64,000 bases of DNA from Marsupella aquatica (lineage: Eukaryota > Plantae > Marchantiophyta), in NCBI GenBank assembly GCA_973895155.1, contig OZ316894.1, positions 12,688,828 through 12,752,827 of the forward strand. The letters run 5' to 3'. The notes under the pieces are model-generated. The model worked only from the letters and a program-made list of their open reading frames with translations. It made no database searches and was not told the origin of the DNA. Shown here piece after piece: positions 18,541-32,148 of this stretch (within the stretch, counting starts at the first letter, position 1; each line of letters starts with the position of its first letter). Position numbers and translations under genes: made by a program.

Positions 18541-19930
18541 ATGGATTTGACTGAAACATGGAGGAAGAATTTCCTGAAACAAATGGATGATGAGCTTGTC
18601 GAGTTTGAGGAGGAGCAGACATTTTGGGAGACAATGCTCTTCAATGGACCAATGTCTCAATGCAAGCACAATCCTACTCCACATAAACGGAAGCGGGGTG
18701 GATCCTTGTCGGGGAAGAGGCCCAACAAGGATCAAAAGAGCAAACGGGGACATCAGATGATTTTTCCTTGAAGCATTTTTGTTTTTCATTTATTAAATTA
18801 GGCCACAAAAACCCCATGGCGGGGGGGGGGGGGGGGGGGAACCAGGAGACACATCCCAGAACCACATCAAATGATTTTTGAGGACTACTTTTCTGAAAAT
18901 TCAACTTACGATGTAGTGACTTTCTAAGAAGGTACAGAACGACACAAGGCTTTTTGACATAATTTCAAGGGCGGTTTGTGCACATGACACCTTCTTTCAA
19001 CAGAACCGAGATGCTGCAAAGAAACTTGGACTGTCTAGGGTCCAAAAAATGATTGCTGCACTTTGGCAACTTGCACAAGGAATTGGAGCAGACTCCACTA
19101 ATGAGTAGTGTCGATTGGGGGGACATTTGTTTGAGCGTGAATACTTGAAGAAGCCATCTGCGGCAGATGTGGAGAGAAATTAGGCAATTAACCCCGTAAT
19201 TAACGAAAAGAGGGGGTTTCCAGGAATGTTTGCATCTCTCGATGGCATGCACCACGAATGGAGAAATTGCCCCGTGGTTTGGCAAGGACAATTTACTGAC
19301 AAGGATGGGAACAAATCGATTGTGCTGGAAGCAATTGCTGATCAGGAGCTCTGGATATGGCATGGTTTCTTTGGCCTGCTGGGAGGGACAACGACCCCAA
19401 TGTTCTGGACAGGTCTCCCCTTGTCAATGATTTTCTTCACAAGCAGTATGATTGCCCCACCTACAGTATCAATGGCACTGAATACAAGAGGGCTTATTTG
19501 CTAGTAGATGGCATATATCAAGAGTGGTCTTGCTTTGTGACAACAATTCACAGTCCTCAAACAGAGAAAAAAAGCTTCTATGCAAAATGCCAAGAGGGTT
19601 GCAGGAAGGGTGTCGAGCGAGCATTTGGTGTGCTACAGGCTAGGTGGGGAATTGTGAGATAACCAGCAAGGTCATGGCACTTGCAAAGGGTCACAAACAT
19701 TTTACTTGCTTGCATTATTATGCACAGTCAACATGATGATTGAAGATGAAAGGGTGAGGAGCATGAAGACACTTCAGACTAGTTGAACCTAGACTTCACA
19801 TTAGAAGCGAATGAATGCCATGGAAGGACTACTTGGCTGCCACTATAGAGCTAGAAAGTAAGAGCACTCAGTACCAACTGCGAATGACCTAATTGAGCAT
19901 CTCTGGAAGAGGAAAGGGGAAGTCCGCCTG
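18541..19930 (+). pseudogene. Harbinger DDE transposase (plant transposon protein type), frameshifted
   Basis: GFPGMFASLDGMHHEWRNCP..WQGQF, IVLEAIADQELWIWHGFFG, NDPNVLDRSPL, YLLVDGIY and RKGVERAFGVLQARW are split across frames with stops. Confidence 0.92.
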
Positions 19931-20299
19931 GCAGATTGGGTTCGATCAATGAAGATGTAGTTTTCGATTGAATTGCAGACTGTATGTATTTTCCTGCCAC
20001 AAGCAATTAAAAAAAAATGCTGTGCAAATTCCTTGTGCAAATTTCTGTGCATTCTCAATTAAACTGCCATTCAAAATACAACACACTCTTGAATTGGCCT
20101 TGAGTGGCAATGCTCCTGGTCTATGTGTACTCAATAAGTCTATGCTCCTCCTCTATGTCAATGAAGCACATTGACATCCCCAGAAATCAGATGTGCAACC
20201 TGAAAGACTAGTTTGTTTCTGTCTGCAAGACTACTCCTGTTTACTACCAAAATTGGGCCAATTAAGCATCACCTAGATCTCAATCACTTCCTCAAAAGT

Positions 20300-21256
20300 A
20301 TGTGGGACTTCATCAACATCAACAAGGACATGCGGGACTCCATTACATTCTTGCTCTTCATCGAACTCTTGTGGATTTGGCAAAGTAGTCCTTCAGGCAG
20401 TGGGGGAGGCTGCCTGGGACGTTGGATCATCTTTTGTCTCACCTAGGCCATCTCCTCCTTTTTCCACATATTCTAGAAATCCCTCTCCTCTGAGTCGAGC
20501 ATGTGAGTGGGCATGGTGAACATATTCAGTAAAGATTGACTCTCAGCAAGTCTCAAGCATTCCTGTCCAGTTTTAGCCATAAATTTCTGTGCTTGGGCTG
20601 ACACCTTGAAGGAATATTCTTCAATTTGAGCTTTCTTGGTTGCCTCCTTGGACATTTTCGTTCCTGCTGGCCTTTTGTTTCAAAACCCCCTGAGATCAGA
20701 GGTTCATTGGAACTCTTCTATGGCAAATCCTGAGTACTATTCTCAAGTGATGGAGCTTCATTCTCTTGGTCCAAGAGGTCTGTCCATTCCCCAGGCTTCT
20801 TTCTCACAGGAGTCTGTTTGCTCCTCCCCTTCTGTTTTGCCATCGAATCCTGTGGCATTGACCACCTTGGGCAATCTTTCAATATGTAGAAGCACTCTGT
20901 GAATGAAAACAACTTCTTCTTCGGGCACCGCTTTTGGTACAACTCCTTTGCCTTTTCTAGTGTGTCGTGAGCGTGAGTTCCAGATTGGTTGGCATCCTCC
21001 ACAGCTTGGTGACATCCAATGAATCTGCCTGTATGTTGTCTAATTTCACCCCACTTGCTCTCAAGAGACTTAGGTGACCTATAGCTCTCGACTTATTTAT
21101 CTCGTAGTGCTCTCCAACTCGCTCCAAAAAAGAATCCTTTTTTTGCCCAAAGCCGACACATGGATCCTGTGAAATGTTGAGGTAGCTGAAGCACAATTGT
21201 TTCAACTTAGGAGAAGTAAAAATTTTCCCTCTCTGGGCAGCCATGTATTCTGACAA
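20300..21256 (-). pseudogene. Harbinger ORF2 (Myb/SANT-like, NAM-associated-type DNA-binding protein), frameshifted
   Basis: QLCFSYLNISQDPCVGFGQKKDSFLERV, NQSG....DTLEKAKELY, FSFTECFYILKDCPRW and a terminal LDSEERDF. These match the second ORF of plant Harbinger elements. Confidence 0.85.
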
Positions 21257-22543
21257 ATGCTACAGTGTGTGAGGGTACAGCAATCGAGAGCTGGGACCAC
21301 AGGGACAACGTGAAAACCTTCAAGCAATGTGCAGAATGTGGGAGTTTCTCGCACTGTGCTCTCAATCTTTGTTGCAGGTCTTGATTGTCGACAACCTGCA
21401 GGAGCGCATGGGAGGGAATGTTTCACATGAGCATCAATGTGCAATGTGTGGCATCCTGTGGCCCGTTGATTCAGTTTGGCAGGCCAGGGAAATCAAATTT
21501 AGCGCCTGCCAAATTGCCCAAAAGTGGTGGCGGGAAACTGCTTTTGGTGGCACCCATAAATCAATTTTGGGATCCGGAGGACAGGTGCAAGCAAGAAATT
21601 GGTGTCGGCCTGGAAAACAGTCCAATATGGCGGTCCGGGCCCATTTAGTGACCACTGGTGCAGTCGCTCTAGGTAGTGCAGTTGCCACTTTAAGTAGTGA
21701 GGCTAGCAGCCACTATAAGTTGAGCTAACTATATTCATAACATTCTCCACTGGCCTTTCCACAACATTCTGATAACCGGAAATGTCTACAAAGGGCCTGG
21801 TTGAGACGCCCCAGTGATGTTTTTGACAAACTTTTTCATTTGTTTGCAATTTTTTTTTTCCTTCAGCCTTGGAGAAGGGGAATGGCTATCAGATTCCCTA
21901 TCCAATGGAAATGTGATAAAAAATGATTCTGGTATATTTTTGGTTTGATCAAGATCTAGTAAGTATACTGGACTAAGCCATCAATGTGAGGGAGGGCATT
22001 GTGTCAAAGGTGTAAAGAATTTTATTCTCCAAAGCCTTTGAACAAGAACAAAGAAAAGAGACAAGAACAGTGGTGAATTTTTTCAAATCAAGCAGAGGAT
22101 ACTCGGAGTAAGAAACGGTTAATCTTGGGTGACTTGGTGGTATGGCAGCAGGGAGCATTGTAGCGGTAGTCATAGAGATAACTGTTCTAGGAACACCGGC
22201 TTAGTTAATGGCTGGTATGTTGTATGTCGACAGTTTTAAATAATATGATTATCGTTCTGATTTTTCGTTGAAAAAAGAGTTGGAATCTGAGAAATAAAAA
22301 ATTTGAGAATTAAACAGCCCTCAGGTAAGACCATGATAATTTCATTGCAGCAATCAACAACTTAAGGATGTCTCTCCTATTGGCCGTAGGTTGTTACATC
22401 GATAAAGCAGTAACAGGCATGGTTGGCAAATCAGAATTCAACCAATCTAACATGACATCTCACCCTGGGACAAAATCTGCAACACAAAGCTATATGCAGA
22501 GCCTGTGCCTCTTCTGGAACTAATCACAGAGCCACGTTTAATA

Positions 22544-25500
22544 TCAATAGCATTTTCGATGAACAACTGTGGGCCCTGTCTCATCATATTCAGCCTTCGT
22601 GATATGCTGATTCTGAGGAAAGACCACTTTCGCCAGAATTGCCCCGCCCATCCATGCGGAATATCTCATGGTGTTCTCTGGCATATATTCCGGAGGCTGT
22701 CACCCAAACCATAAAAAATGGCCATTAGAAACTAACAGGTTCACGACAGTGCCCACAAAAACCCTAGTTTCGATGTAGCACTCGGAAACAAATTCGGATT
22801 AAGATTTAAAGAAAAATAATTATTCATCCACATCATAGGAGAGAAGTTCATTTGCAGAAATGGTCTTCTACTAGAACGCTTGCTGTCTCTTAGAATGACT
22901 GTAGCAGGCATCTCAACTTAAGATTAACAATCCTCTTCTGACATACAGCTCACAGATGCCCTCTCGTTCACTCAACATGTACATCCTAACTGAACTTTGA
23001 AGTGCAGTTCACGATGTATGCAGACAATATATTGGAATTGAACTGCACACCTAAAAGAGAAAGCGTTCAAATTACCTTAATTAAAGTAGGCCTAACTGAT
23101 GGAGTCCCAAGCACAGAGGCCTCCTTTTGAAAGCGTGCCTCAAAACCTGTGAGATAATACATAGATAGTGCAACATTCATATTATAGCAAGATTTTGTCT
23201 ATTAAGAAAGCTTCCAGGCTACAGATGGACTTCCCTGACCTTTTGGACAATTCAGCAAAGGTCAAATTTGCGTATATTACATGGCATGGTGATTCAAAAG
23301 GCCTGCTGGCTAGCTGTCAGGTGCTTTACCCGGCTGTTAGAGATCCTTAAGCATATGTTAAAATTCAGAACTTGTACCTGACATCGTTGAAGTGCCCCCA
23401 CAAAGTACGATATTTTCCACAAGCTGCCTCTGATTTTCTGGAGGGAGACAGAACGAAACACTCCGAAGCATTTGCTCTACAATACTATAATCGTCCACAC
23501 CGAGCAACGATGGCTGAAATAAAGCCTCACCGATCGTCAATCGTTCTCTTCCTATGGAAATTACCTGCAGCCGGTATATGAGAATGATCAAATCTTAGGC
23601 ATTTCAATTAGCATATCATCTCTAAAGTGAAGAAATCAAAGACTAGAAATACTTCGACTGACGGCTGTCCCTTTTCTTGAAACACCAACGCCATCTTTGC
23701 AGAAAGAAACCCTGCTTGTTGGGTTTCCACTGAAAGAATATGAGCATGCAAAATAGTAAGAGTCGATCCATTTGCCAGTTGTTACAACAAGTGCCCAATA
23801 TCTGTGTAGGCACAGTTTTCATACCAAACTAATTCGTAAATGGACATTTGGCGGCAAGGTACTGTGTATGGCGCATGCACGCAGATCCTCGGGACAATGA
23901 AGAAAGCTCCACACTTTGTTTGCTACTCCTAGCACCTACCACAGAAAGCATTTACCTGGCCGTCCGGCAATGTATGCTCAATGGAATCGCAATCTATACT
24001 TGAGTCGCTGTAAGCAGTCTGGTCGTCTGATACGGCTCCATATAACTCTTTGAGCCGCTCGACAGCTGGAAGATTGAACTTGACCCCAGGATGGGCTCTT
24101 TCTAACTCCTTAGCAAGAAGAAGAGTAAGATCTTGGCCACCCAGCTCAAATCTTTTCACTGCGTTGTGCTGTACAGTTCCTTCCCATACGGGAGCAATGT
24201 CTGTGGAAGACAAACACAAGATGGACGGCGTTGCAGACCTTTCATCAGGCTTTTATGAATTTACCTGCAGAGCAAAAACTTTGCTGCTTCAGGTAGAACA
24301 AACTCTATCGTTTACTCTCCCTGGGTTCGCAAATCCTAAGTGACTTGTACGCTCCGAACTTAAAGATGCAGAAAAACTGCATTCAAAATTTTCTCAAAAT
24401 GTGGAACAAGCAACAATTACATAAAACCAGCGATTGCCAAAGATTATGACTGTTTGAATGGCTTTCTCAACAATCTTCCAGAGAAACCCTAGAGCTAATC
24501 CAACAACCACATCTAAAAGTACCTAATCACATAGAAAACCAGAATGATGAGATTCATTTCTAATTTGCGCATATTTAGCATCATTCATTTGCAATGTTGA
24601 GATAGGAGATCAAATTAGCTTTCATCGAAGCCTCTTTAAGAGCCGCAACTAGAAACTGTTATACTTACCAATTTTCCCGTGGCCAATATCAACAGCAACA
24701 CCAGTTATACGTCCCATTGCATACAACGACAGTACTGCCTGTTCTACAGCATAAAGACCTGCCACATTGAAGCTCTCGAACATGATCTGCACCATTTTCT
24801 CCCTTGCCACCTGTACCACAATGCAAAGCACCAATTGCTTTGACTCTCAGTGACAATCGTAGCGTATTACTTTTAAAACTATTTACAATGCAGAGAAAAG
24901 CGCAGACAACTAATAGGTTCAATGTGGAAATATTGGCAATCTGTGAGTAGAGAAAAACCAAACCCGTGCTCCTTTTAGTAAAGACCCACATATTTGACAC
25001 TCATTGAAGCCAAAAATCATCATCCACAAAATAGCGAAGCAACAGAAGCATGGCACGTGAAGGAAGTAAAAAGGACCTTAGGTGTCAAAAGAGCTTCCGC
25101 GATGAGGAGTTGGCCCTCACTGCCAAGCTCCCAGCCAAGTCCTGTGTACAATACATAACGCCAAAGATCTTCCACTGCGTCCCAGTCTTTCACCATGCCC
25201 CTCTCGATGGGATTCAGGGTCTCCTCGAATTCATTCACGTCTAGTATCTTCGCATTCGAATCCTCCATCGCAGTAGCGTTGGTCATGGCCGTCCCGATGA
25301 CCTGAAAACAAGAAACATCGCGGTGACGATGTTCAGGGCAAAGCCCTCATTCTACAGAGAGGCCAGGAGAAGTGAAAATTTTAAGGGAGGGCATTAAGTA
25401 GCAAGCAAGCCAGAAGGCAATGCTTACATTCTTCAAGACAACATAAACGAAGATGATTTCAAATGTCTAGAGAGTAACTACAGTTTGTACGCGAATACGA

Positions 25501-25631
25501 AAAACGGAACATCGACAGGCTCACAACTCAATTTCTCACGTTTGGTTCCTTACAATGGAAGGATCACCGTCTGGCTGCGCGAATCCTGCTTTCAAAAGAC
25601 AGGAGCCAGGGTCCACCACTGCTGGCTCCAT
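22544..25631 (-). CDS. ARP7: Actin-related protein 7 (nuclear ARP), 7 exons
   Basis: Exons 25631-25554, 25301-25077, 24810-24669, 24200-23956, 23564-23378, 23146-23076 and 22696-22544. They give [60 protein letters not shown] and PPEYMPEN...[38 protein letters not shown], characteristic of plant ARP7. Confidence 0.95.
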
Positions 25632-26363
25632 GTCTGCTGCGTACCGCCAGTCCCCTTCTCTGCCAGTTGCTGTGTGTCGACCCTTTTACGAATAAGAGCA
25701 AACAGGAGCGGCCGGAGACATCCAGTCCGTCTTTGAGCAGAAGTTCTCCTGAGATGTCGTGAGCCAAAGCATTTTTTTGTACATACAGCACAAAACACAA
25801 GGAACAGATTCACCTCTTTGACTTGAGCGGGGGATACAATTATTATTAGACCGTTTTTTAGTAACGTATCTCTACAGTACCTAACTGAGCTTTTATAAGC
25901 GTGTCACCAAACTATTTTAAGTCGTGAGTTGACCCCCACTTCGTATATGGGGTTTTCTTAGCTGATATAATTAACCTGAGGTCATTGGCCATTGGTTAGC
26001 TGTCACATGGCAAGGCATGATTGGCCCCACCTTATCCCGGCCGGTTATGCCCTAACCAGGGCCAGGATGTTCTTGTTTGCAAACTGTGGGAGTGTAGAGC
26101 TGGGCTCCCTCACAATTTCAAAGCCAGCCCTGACCCCAGCTCATTCCAAAATTGCAGGCCTGACAACAATGTCAGACGACAAGGTCTTCCCCTCTGCAAC
26201 CCAGATGACTTTTAGGGCCCAACAATCCTTACATCAAGAGTGTTTGGCCTCCACTTTCCTGAAGGGAAAATGCCTTCAAGTTTACACAGTTTCTCTGTAA
26301 ACAAAGCGTCAGCCACATTTGGGCTTGCAAGGTAAGTATCTAAAATGTCCTCCACCTAGCTCT

Positions 26364-26695
26364 TGTTGGTATTTAACTCTAGTGCATGATTAGGTTAATT
26401 AACTAGGGTGCAACTAGTGGAGAGGGGTTATAACATGAAGGAGCACTTCATTGTGCTTACACTAGAGATCAATCTTCAAGAAATGGAGACCGGAGAGAGA
26501 GAGAGAGGAGAAGAATGCGCATAGGTCAACTTGAGAGTTTGTCACACTATTAATGGTGGATGTGCTAGATTGTGCTTAGTGATTTCTTCTCTGGCTGTGG
26601 ATGCAGCTCAGATGGGTGAACCATATATCTCTATGTCAACTGTATATTGTATACTGGTTCCATGTGATGTTGTGTTGTGCAATATCTTCCCAACA
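26364..26695 (+). mobile_element. Solo LTR (Copia-like)
   Basis: TGTTGG...CCCAACA inverted termini, internal gtggatgcagc...gtgaacca LTR-type motif and a (GA)n tract. Flanks GCTCT/ACTAT are a degraded 5-bp TSD candidate (3/5). Confidence 0.6.
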
Positions 26696-26985
26696 ACTAT
26701 GGCCTCTGCATCCCCTGTTGTTTGATGATTAATATTTGCAGCTGCACCACGGTCAAAATCCAAGGAGGCTGACTGTCTTAGATCAAGATGACAAGGGGAC
26801 TCAGTAGGTTCACCCCTAGCCAAAGGGTCCTCACCACAGCAAAAAGTGCTGCACTAATCAAGCAGCAGTCAATCGCACTAAACAACATCCCTGAGCTTTC
26901 TCACAGGTGGAAATTGCATCTTGTGTTACATGATTATTGTTTTAACCATTGTGTTATCAAGTCAATATTGTTCAATGATAAGCCT

Positions 26986-27225
26986 GAGTTTAGTTTCTAT
27001 ATCCAGGATCCGGGATACATAATTCTATTGACAATAAGGAAGATTTACAAGTTGAAGCTCGCTTGAGTTCAGTTTCCATCTCCAGGATTGATTCAGGATG
27101 TATAATTCTATTAATGTTAAGGAAGAAATTCAAGTTGATCGAAGCTTGTTTGAGTTTAGTTTCCAAGTCCATGATCCAGGATGTGTAATTCTATTAATGC
27201 TAACAAAGATTTACAAGTTGAAGCC
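26986..27225. repeat. ~80-87-bp tandem repeat x3
   Basis: gagtt(t/c)agtttc...ccaggat...taattctatt...aagatttacaagttgaagc units start near 26986, 27065 and 27152. Confidence 0.85.
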
Positions 27226-28182
27226 AGCATGGACCATGACACCCTTTGCACCTCCACTAGCTGACATCCTTCTGGTTTCCATATTGTTTTTAATTGCAAG
27301 TTTTGACTAAGTGGAATCTCCCTTCCTTCAAAGCTATTTTGAAAGATCTTTCCAAAGAGTCTAACCTGCTACAGTAGTCTTCATGAAGAATTGAGAAAGT
27401 ATGAATTTCTAAAAAGTATTCAATACCATACGTTGTGCCTTCAAAAGAACTTTGTGCTTATGAAAGTTTTTGAGAAGCTAACTTCCATTGAATAATCCCC
27501 TCTGTATTCAATTGAATGGACTTGGGGGTCACTGATATTGGGATAGTTAGAAGCTGGTTGAAAAGATCTTTCAAATAAGCCTAATATATTCAAATTGAGT
27601 TGGGAATTGAGAGACATACAAACTTACAAACATAAGTGTCTCGTTTCTTGCTACATTTGACTACTAAATCACATTTCACTCATGAAGACGATCTTGGTTT
27701 CATTTGGAATCCATGGACCCCCCAAAATAGCCCTCACACTTATGCTGCCCTCCAATTTCATCTAAGTGTGACTAGCTGTGAACTAACCCCACTGTTGGGT
27801 GAAATGTGTGTAAAACGAGATGACACCAATAGGATGTGAGCCCACAACCTGGCCTGCCCCATTCAATTGGTTTACAAGTGCACAGGAGTTCAGCAATTTT
27901 TGGACTGCTTTGCGACCAGTATTCAACTCAACACTAGGGTCAAGCACAGGCGACTTCATAGCAACTAGTATTTAACTCAATACTAGGGTCAAGCACAGTC
28001 AAGCATTGCCTCTTGGCTCATCAATGCTAATCCACATTATTTAGCTGCAAGATTGATTAGGGATGAGACACAAGACTGAGGCTAATCAATGCAATTAAAG
28101 CCATTATGACACTGCCTGCTGCCCACTTTTTGTGATGCCTGTGTTAGGTTAAATACTGGGCACAAATCCCTTTGGTCACCAA

Positions 28183-28290
28183 CTGCCTCTGCGCTGCATG
28201 GTAAAGGAGCCACTGGGGCCAGGGAGGTCTTGAGTTCAAATCCTGCCGGCAATGAAAGGTTTTGTCATTCACCCGACCCTAAAGTGGGGT
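28183..28290 (+). mobile_element. tRNA-derived SINE-like head
   Basis: A-box-like TGCGCTGCATGG (28190) and B-box GAGTTCAAATCC (28232) at tRNA-like spacing. No full cloverleaf. Confidence 0.5.
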
Positions 28291-30631
28291 TCATTCATAT
28301 CCTCTTGACACTCCAAAAAAAATCTGGACTCGCCCGGTCTGGTATGCGGGCAGCGCGCTGAGTACGGAGGCTCTTAATATGCCTCAAGCTTGAGTTCCGT
28401 TCTGAATCAAGATTGCCTTTCACCCTAAACTCGAAGAGCAAGCTGGCAGTTCCCCTTACAGATGCTGGACCCACTTGAGATGCATGATTATGTAAGATGT
28501 ACAAGGCCCGGAGGGGGTCCAGGGGATAGAAGGGAGGTTCCTCTTCGTCTGCCTCAGACAGAGGCAATGCTGTTGATAGAGAGAGAGCCTCCTCGCCTCA
28601 ATCCTGAAATCTAATAGGACCCAGAGCAGTTTTTCTTCTGGCGAGCAAGACTAGTGAGAAAATCAGACAGGGACTTGGGTGCATAACTCTGAAGCAGGAT
28701 CCACTAAGGCTTTGTGCACTAAGGCTTACAAAGAAGACCTAATACCCAGCAGCTTACAGTGAAAAAGTAATAGCAAGAGAATGTGAAAGCCGGAAATGCG
28801 ACCATAAAATATATAACAAAGTGCCAAAGGGCAAAAAAGACCGAACTGGGAGACATGATCCCAATGGCAAAGCAGCCCAATGAAGGGGAGGAAAGGAGGG
28901 GAAAGGGCCTCAAGAAATCCAAATGGTCCAACAAGCCAATGGGTCCTCAACCAAAAGCCAACGAAGGAACAAAGTCAAAAAAGTAACCTACAAAAGAAGC
29001 CTTGAAGGCTAACACCCTACTGAGCGGAGACCTAAAATGCCTGGTAGAGCTCCGGAGTAAACTGCATAGGAGAGTTACAAAGCGGAACCTGGCAAGAGGC
29101 CTTAAAACCAACTGCCTTGGCCCTACTAAGGTGGGTGAAAGCCTGGGCCCGCTGAAGAGCCACAAACACCAGTTGTTGAAAAAAGGTGGTGAAGATAGAT
29201 AGGGATGAAAGTTCTCCTCTCAATATTAAATACTACACAGGCTCAAAGCGACTAGTGGAAGGTAGGATGGGGAACACCAAAAACCTCATGGACAAAAGGG
29301 TATAAAAGATACTATAGTAGCAAACTCTATACCATGAAAGCATACTTACCCAACTCTGAAAGAACTTTCCCTTGCACGAAATAGCAATTCTGCTGGTGAA
29401 TTAGCTGATAGACAGCCGACAGCTCGCCTTTCTGTGGAGGACTCTTACAATTCTCTATGCACTTTGAATGAGAAGAAGAAAAAGTTGTAAAGAGGGCAAA
29501 AGTTAAAAGGGCGGTGGAAGTCCCAAGTGCTGGTCCAAGTCCGTCACCAGGCTGTCAGCAAAAAGAAAACGTGGCCAAGAAATGTTTGAACAAACGATCA
29601 TCTTCCGACAACTGTACTGCCGTGACCGCGATTGCAGAGAGTAACCGAGGAAATTTTACTTCAGCAAAATCATATAGGTCGTATTTTGCTCGCGACATAG
29701 GTGGATCATCCCCCTCGTCATCTTGATCTGTGTCTCTCCCAATGACCTCCCTCTTGTTATCACGTAAACAGTGCGCTCATGGGCACTCATTCTGCAATTC
29801 AGGAAGCTTCGTTCAGGAGCCCAACCGATGGGCACGGCTCTCCGAATCGACGTGGTAAGTATTATTCTGTACTTTGATCAATTATTCAATGGTGTGAAGT
29901 CAGAGTGGGGGTTAGAGGCTGGGATTTGTAAGGTGCTAGACGATACTGTAGTGAGGATCCAGGGCTTGGAGCGGGAAATGTTTTATGAGGGAAAAACGAA
30001 GAACGCTGAGAGATTGAGAAACCAAGGATCTGTGGGAGAAGGGCATAGAATTTGTTTGTGACGCATGAGGAAATCTGGTAGGGAAGCACGACTTGAGAAA
30101 GGAGAAAAAGGAAAGAAAAAGGTAGAATTCGATTCGTAGGTGAGAAGAGAAACCAGTAGGCAAGGCCCCGCAACCTTTTACAATTTGATTCCGTGATCCA
30201 ACCGAGATTGAGAGACACCCGGACATGCTGTCTTGACGAGAGAAACCAGAGTGCGAGGAGCTATCTGTATTTGATCTAGCTACCTTCTCTGGAATTCTCA
30301 AACTTGCTTGCAAACACTTAATGAGGCTCCGTATTACACCAGCAATTGCATATAAGGGATGCTTGGGTCTAATGTCTCTTTTGTTCCAAGGTTTATTGTT
30401 TTCCACCTAAAATATTTTTAGGTTCCTGGATATGAGTTTACCAGGATATGAAATGGAAATTGAGTCTAAGAGCTTTTTACCCTCAAAAGCTTTGCATCGA
30501 TGTCCCGGGAGGATAGACTTCCCATTTTCCGGCGGGGTAGGCTGGGGACTTCTCTTCCACGCTGGAAGTTCGGAAAGTTGGTAATTTTTTGTTTGCGCAA
30601 GCTCAGCCGGATTGGGGCGCAACTGAATACC

Positions 30632-30846
30632 ATGATGGCTGGGATGTCGATTCCCCTGGTTGGCTTCCTGGTATTCTGTACTCTGATGGTCTCTTGTGCG
30701 GCTCTTCAACTAGAGACATCCGAATACACTGTGATTCATGAGGACGTTGATTTTGAACTTGAACTGTAGAATGAGACGGTTTGGGGTGGGGCGAAGTTGA
30801 AGGCGTGTTGATCCTTCAGTCGTGCCTCCGTTCTTGGATTCCACAA
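30632..30846 (+). pseudogene. SOUL heme-binding protein, exon-1 fragment with in-frame stops
   Basis: Signal peptide followed by LETSEYTVIHEDVDFELEL*NETVW....*SFSRASVLGFHK|gt. This parallels the plant SOUL/HBP N-terminus (E.P.YTVVH....FE.RLY....W......SF..A...GFH). Two stops, and no clear downstream exons. Confidence 0.7.
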
Positions 30847-31965
30847 GTGTGTCTCTCTTTCATCCATCGATTGTAGTCTTCGTGCTAATACATTTGTCTT
30901 CCTTTTCGTTCATTAGTCAGTAAAATTGATGCCACCAACCAACTACAATGCAGTAATTGTATAGTTGTTGTTTAAGTGATAGCAGCCTGTCTCCGAGATG
31001 AATGTGGTGCCTCAGAGTGCACGGGTTGGTTTCTGCAAATCCAAAAAAAATCCTGTGGAGAGAGGTGAACTGAAAAGTTTCTGAGATAATGTTGTTGACT
31101 GGCTCTTTTAATGAATGGCTCGTTTGACCAGTCGTGATTGCAATCTGTATTTGTCCTATCCTGGCCCATGCTGCAACCGGGATAGGACAATGGCCAATGC
31201 CTCTAGATTAGGAGATCAAAGTGATTTTAATAATTTATAATCGGACATCTACGCGGGTGTTCGATCCTGGAGCCTTTGCAACACGATGCCCAAACCTTTT
31301 CTTTCAAGGTGCCAGATGATTTTGTTTTACTCCCTTTGTTTCATTTTTACTGCATGAAGCCTACCTGTCATCCCTGCAGACAGCAACTCTAAAAGCTGAG
31401 GGCCTACTAAAGATCAGTTTTGCAATGGCCTCGCATGATCCATCCAAATTAGACCGATTATTTTTCCAAACCTCTATCGTCTTCTCCTCTCAATTTCCCT
31501 GCCTTGCTTTTCTCGCTCGCCCTCTTGAGAGATCTTCGTGTAGTTTTAGTGTGTATTCTCTCTTATTTGAAAACTAAATGATCTAGTAGCAGTAACCGAT
31601 CGGTCACTGCGGGACGTGTGAATTGTCTTTCCATGACCACACCACTCGTTAAGTTCATTGAGTGTTGTCATTATCTATGGTTGGAATTATGCCATCTTCT
31701 CGTAACTTAGGTCAAGAATGATCGATAAAAACTAGCTCCTCAAGGACCTACTTAGTCACTTTTTTTCCTAAACCCTAAACCCCAACACGTACCAAGAATA
31801 GTTCAAGTGACTCACTTAAAGTCATGAAAGTGAGAGGACAAAGTTCAGAGCCTTTCATGTTTTTGCCACCGTATATATAAATTGAAGTGACAGACCGACG
31901 AGAAAAGAGGATCAAACAATAGCGTATCGAACGGACAAAGATTGAATGAGAAAGGCATTTGACAG

Positions 31966-32148
31966 GAGTTTCTACCCTCGCTTACAGTATGTTTAACATT
32001 TGTGTCACAAGTCAGATCCTGAATGGCATTCGAGAGGACTTTTTACCCTCGCTTAGAGTATGCTTCAATTCTGTCACAAGACCCTGAATGACATTTTGAG
32101 AGGAGTTTCTACCCTCGCTTACAATACGTTGGAATTCTGTCATAAGAT
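31966..32148. repeat. ~68-bp tandem repeat x3
   Basis: gagtttctaccctcgcttacagtatg...tgtcacaag units near 31966, 32035 and 32102. Confidence 0.85.

Larger units (their letters stand above)
18239..21669. mobile_element. Full-length PIF/Harbinger DNA transposon (decayed), two convergent ORFs
   Basis: TIRs GAGTGATTGCACCGGT (18239) and, as reverse complement, GAGCGACTGCACCAGT (21654-21669). 3-bp TSD TAA/TAG. Transposase on + and Myb/NAM-associated ORF on -. Confidence 0.92.

Noticed and set aside
18821-18839. G19 homopolymer as a regulatory G-quadruplex
   Set aside because: It lies inside a dead transposase region, and homopolymer length is unreliable.
28183-28260. Functional tRNA gene
   Set aside because: A/B-box-like motifs are present but there are no consistent acceptor or anticodon stems. 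Treated as a SINE head.
28295-30406. Several 60-156-aa ORFs
   Set aside because: Overlapping on both strands, with no motifs. Likely TE-derived or UTR sequence.
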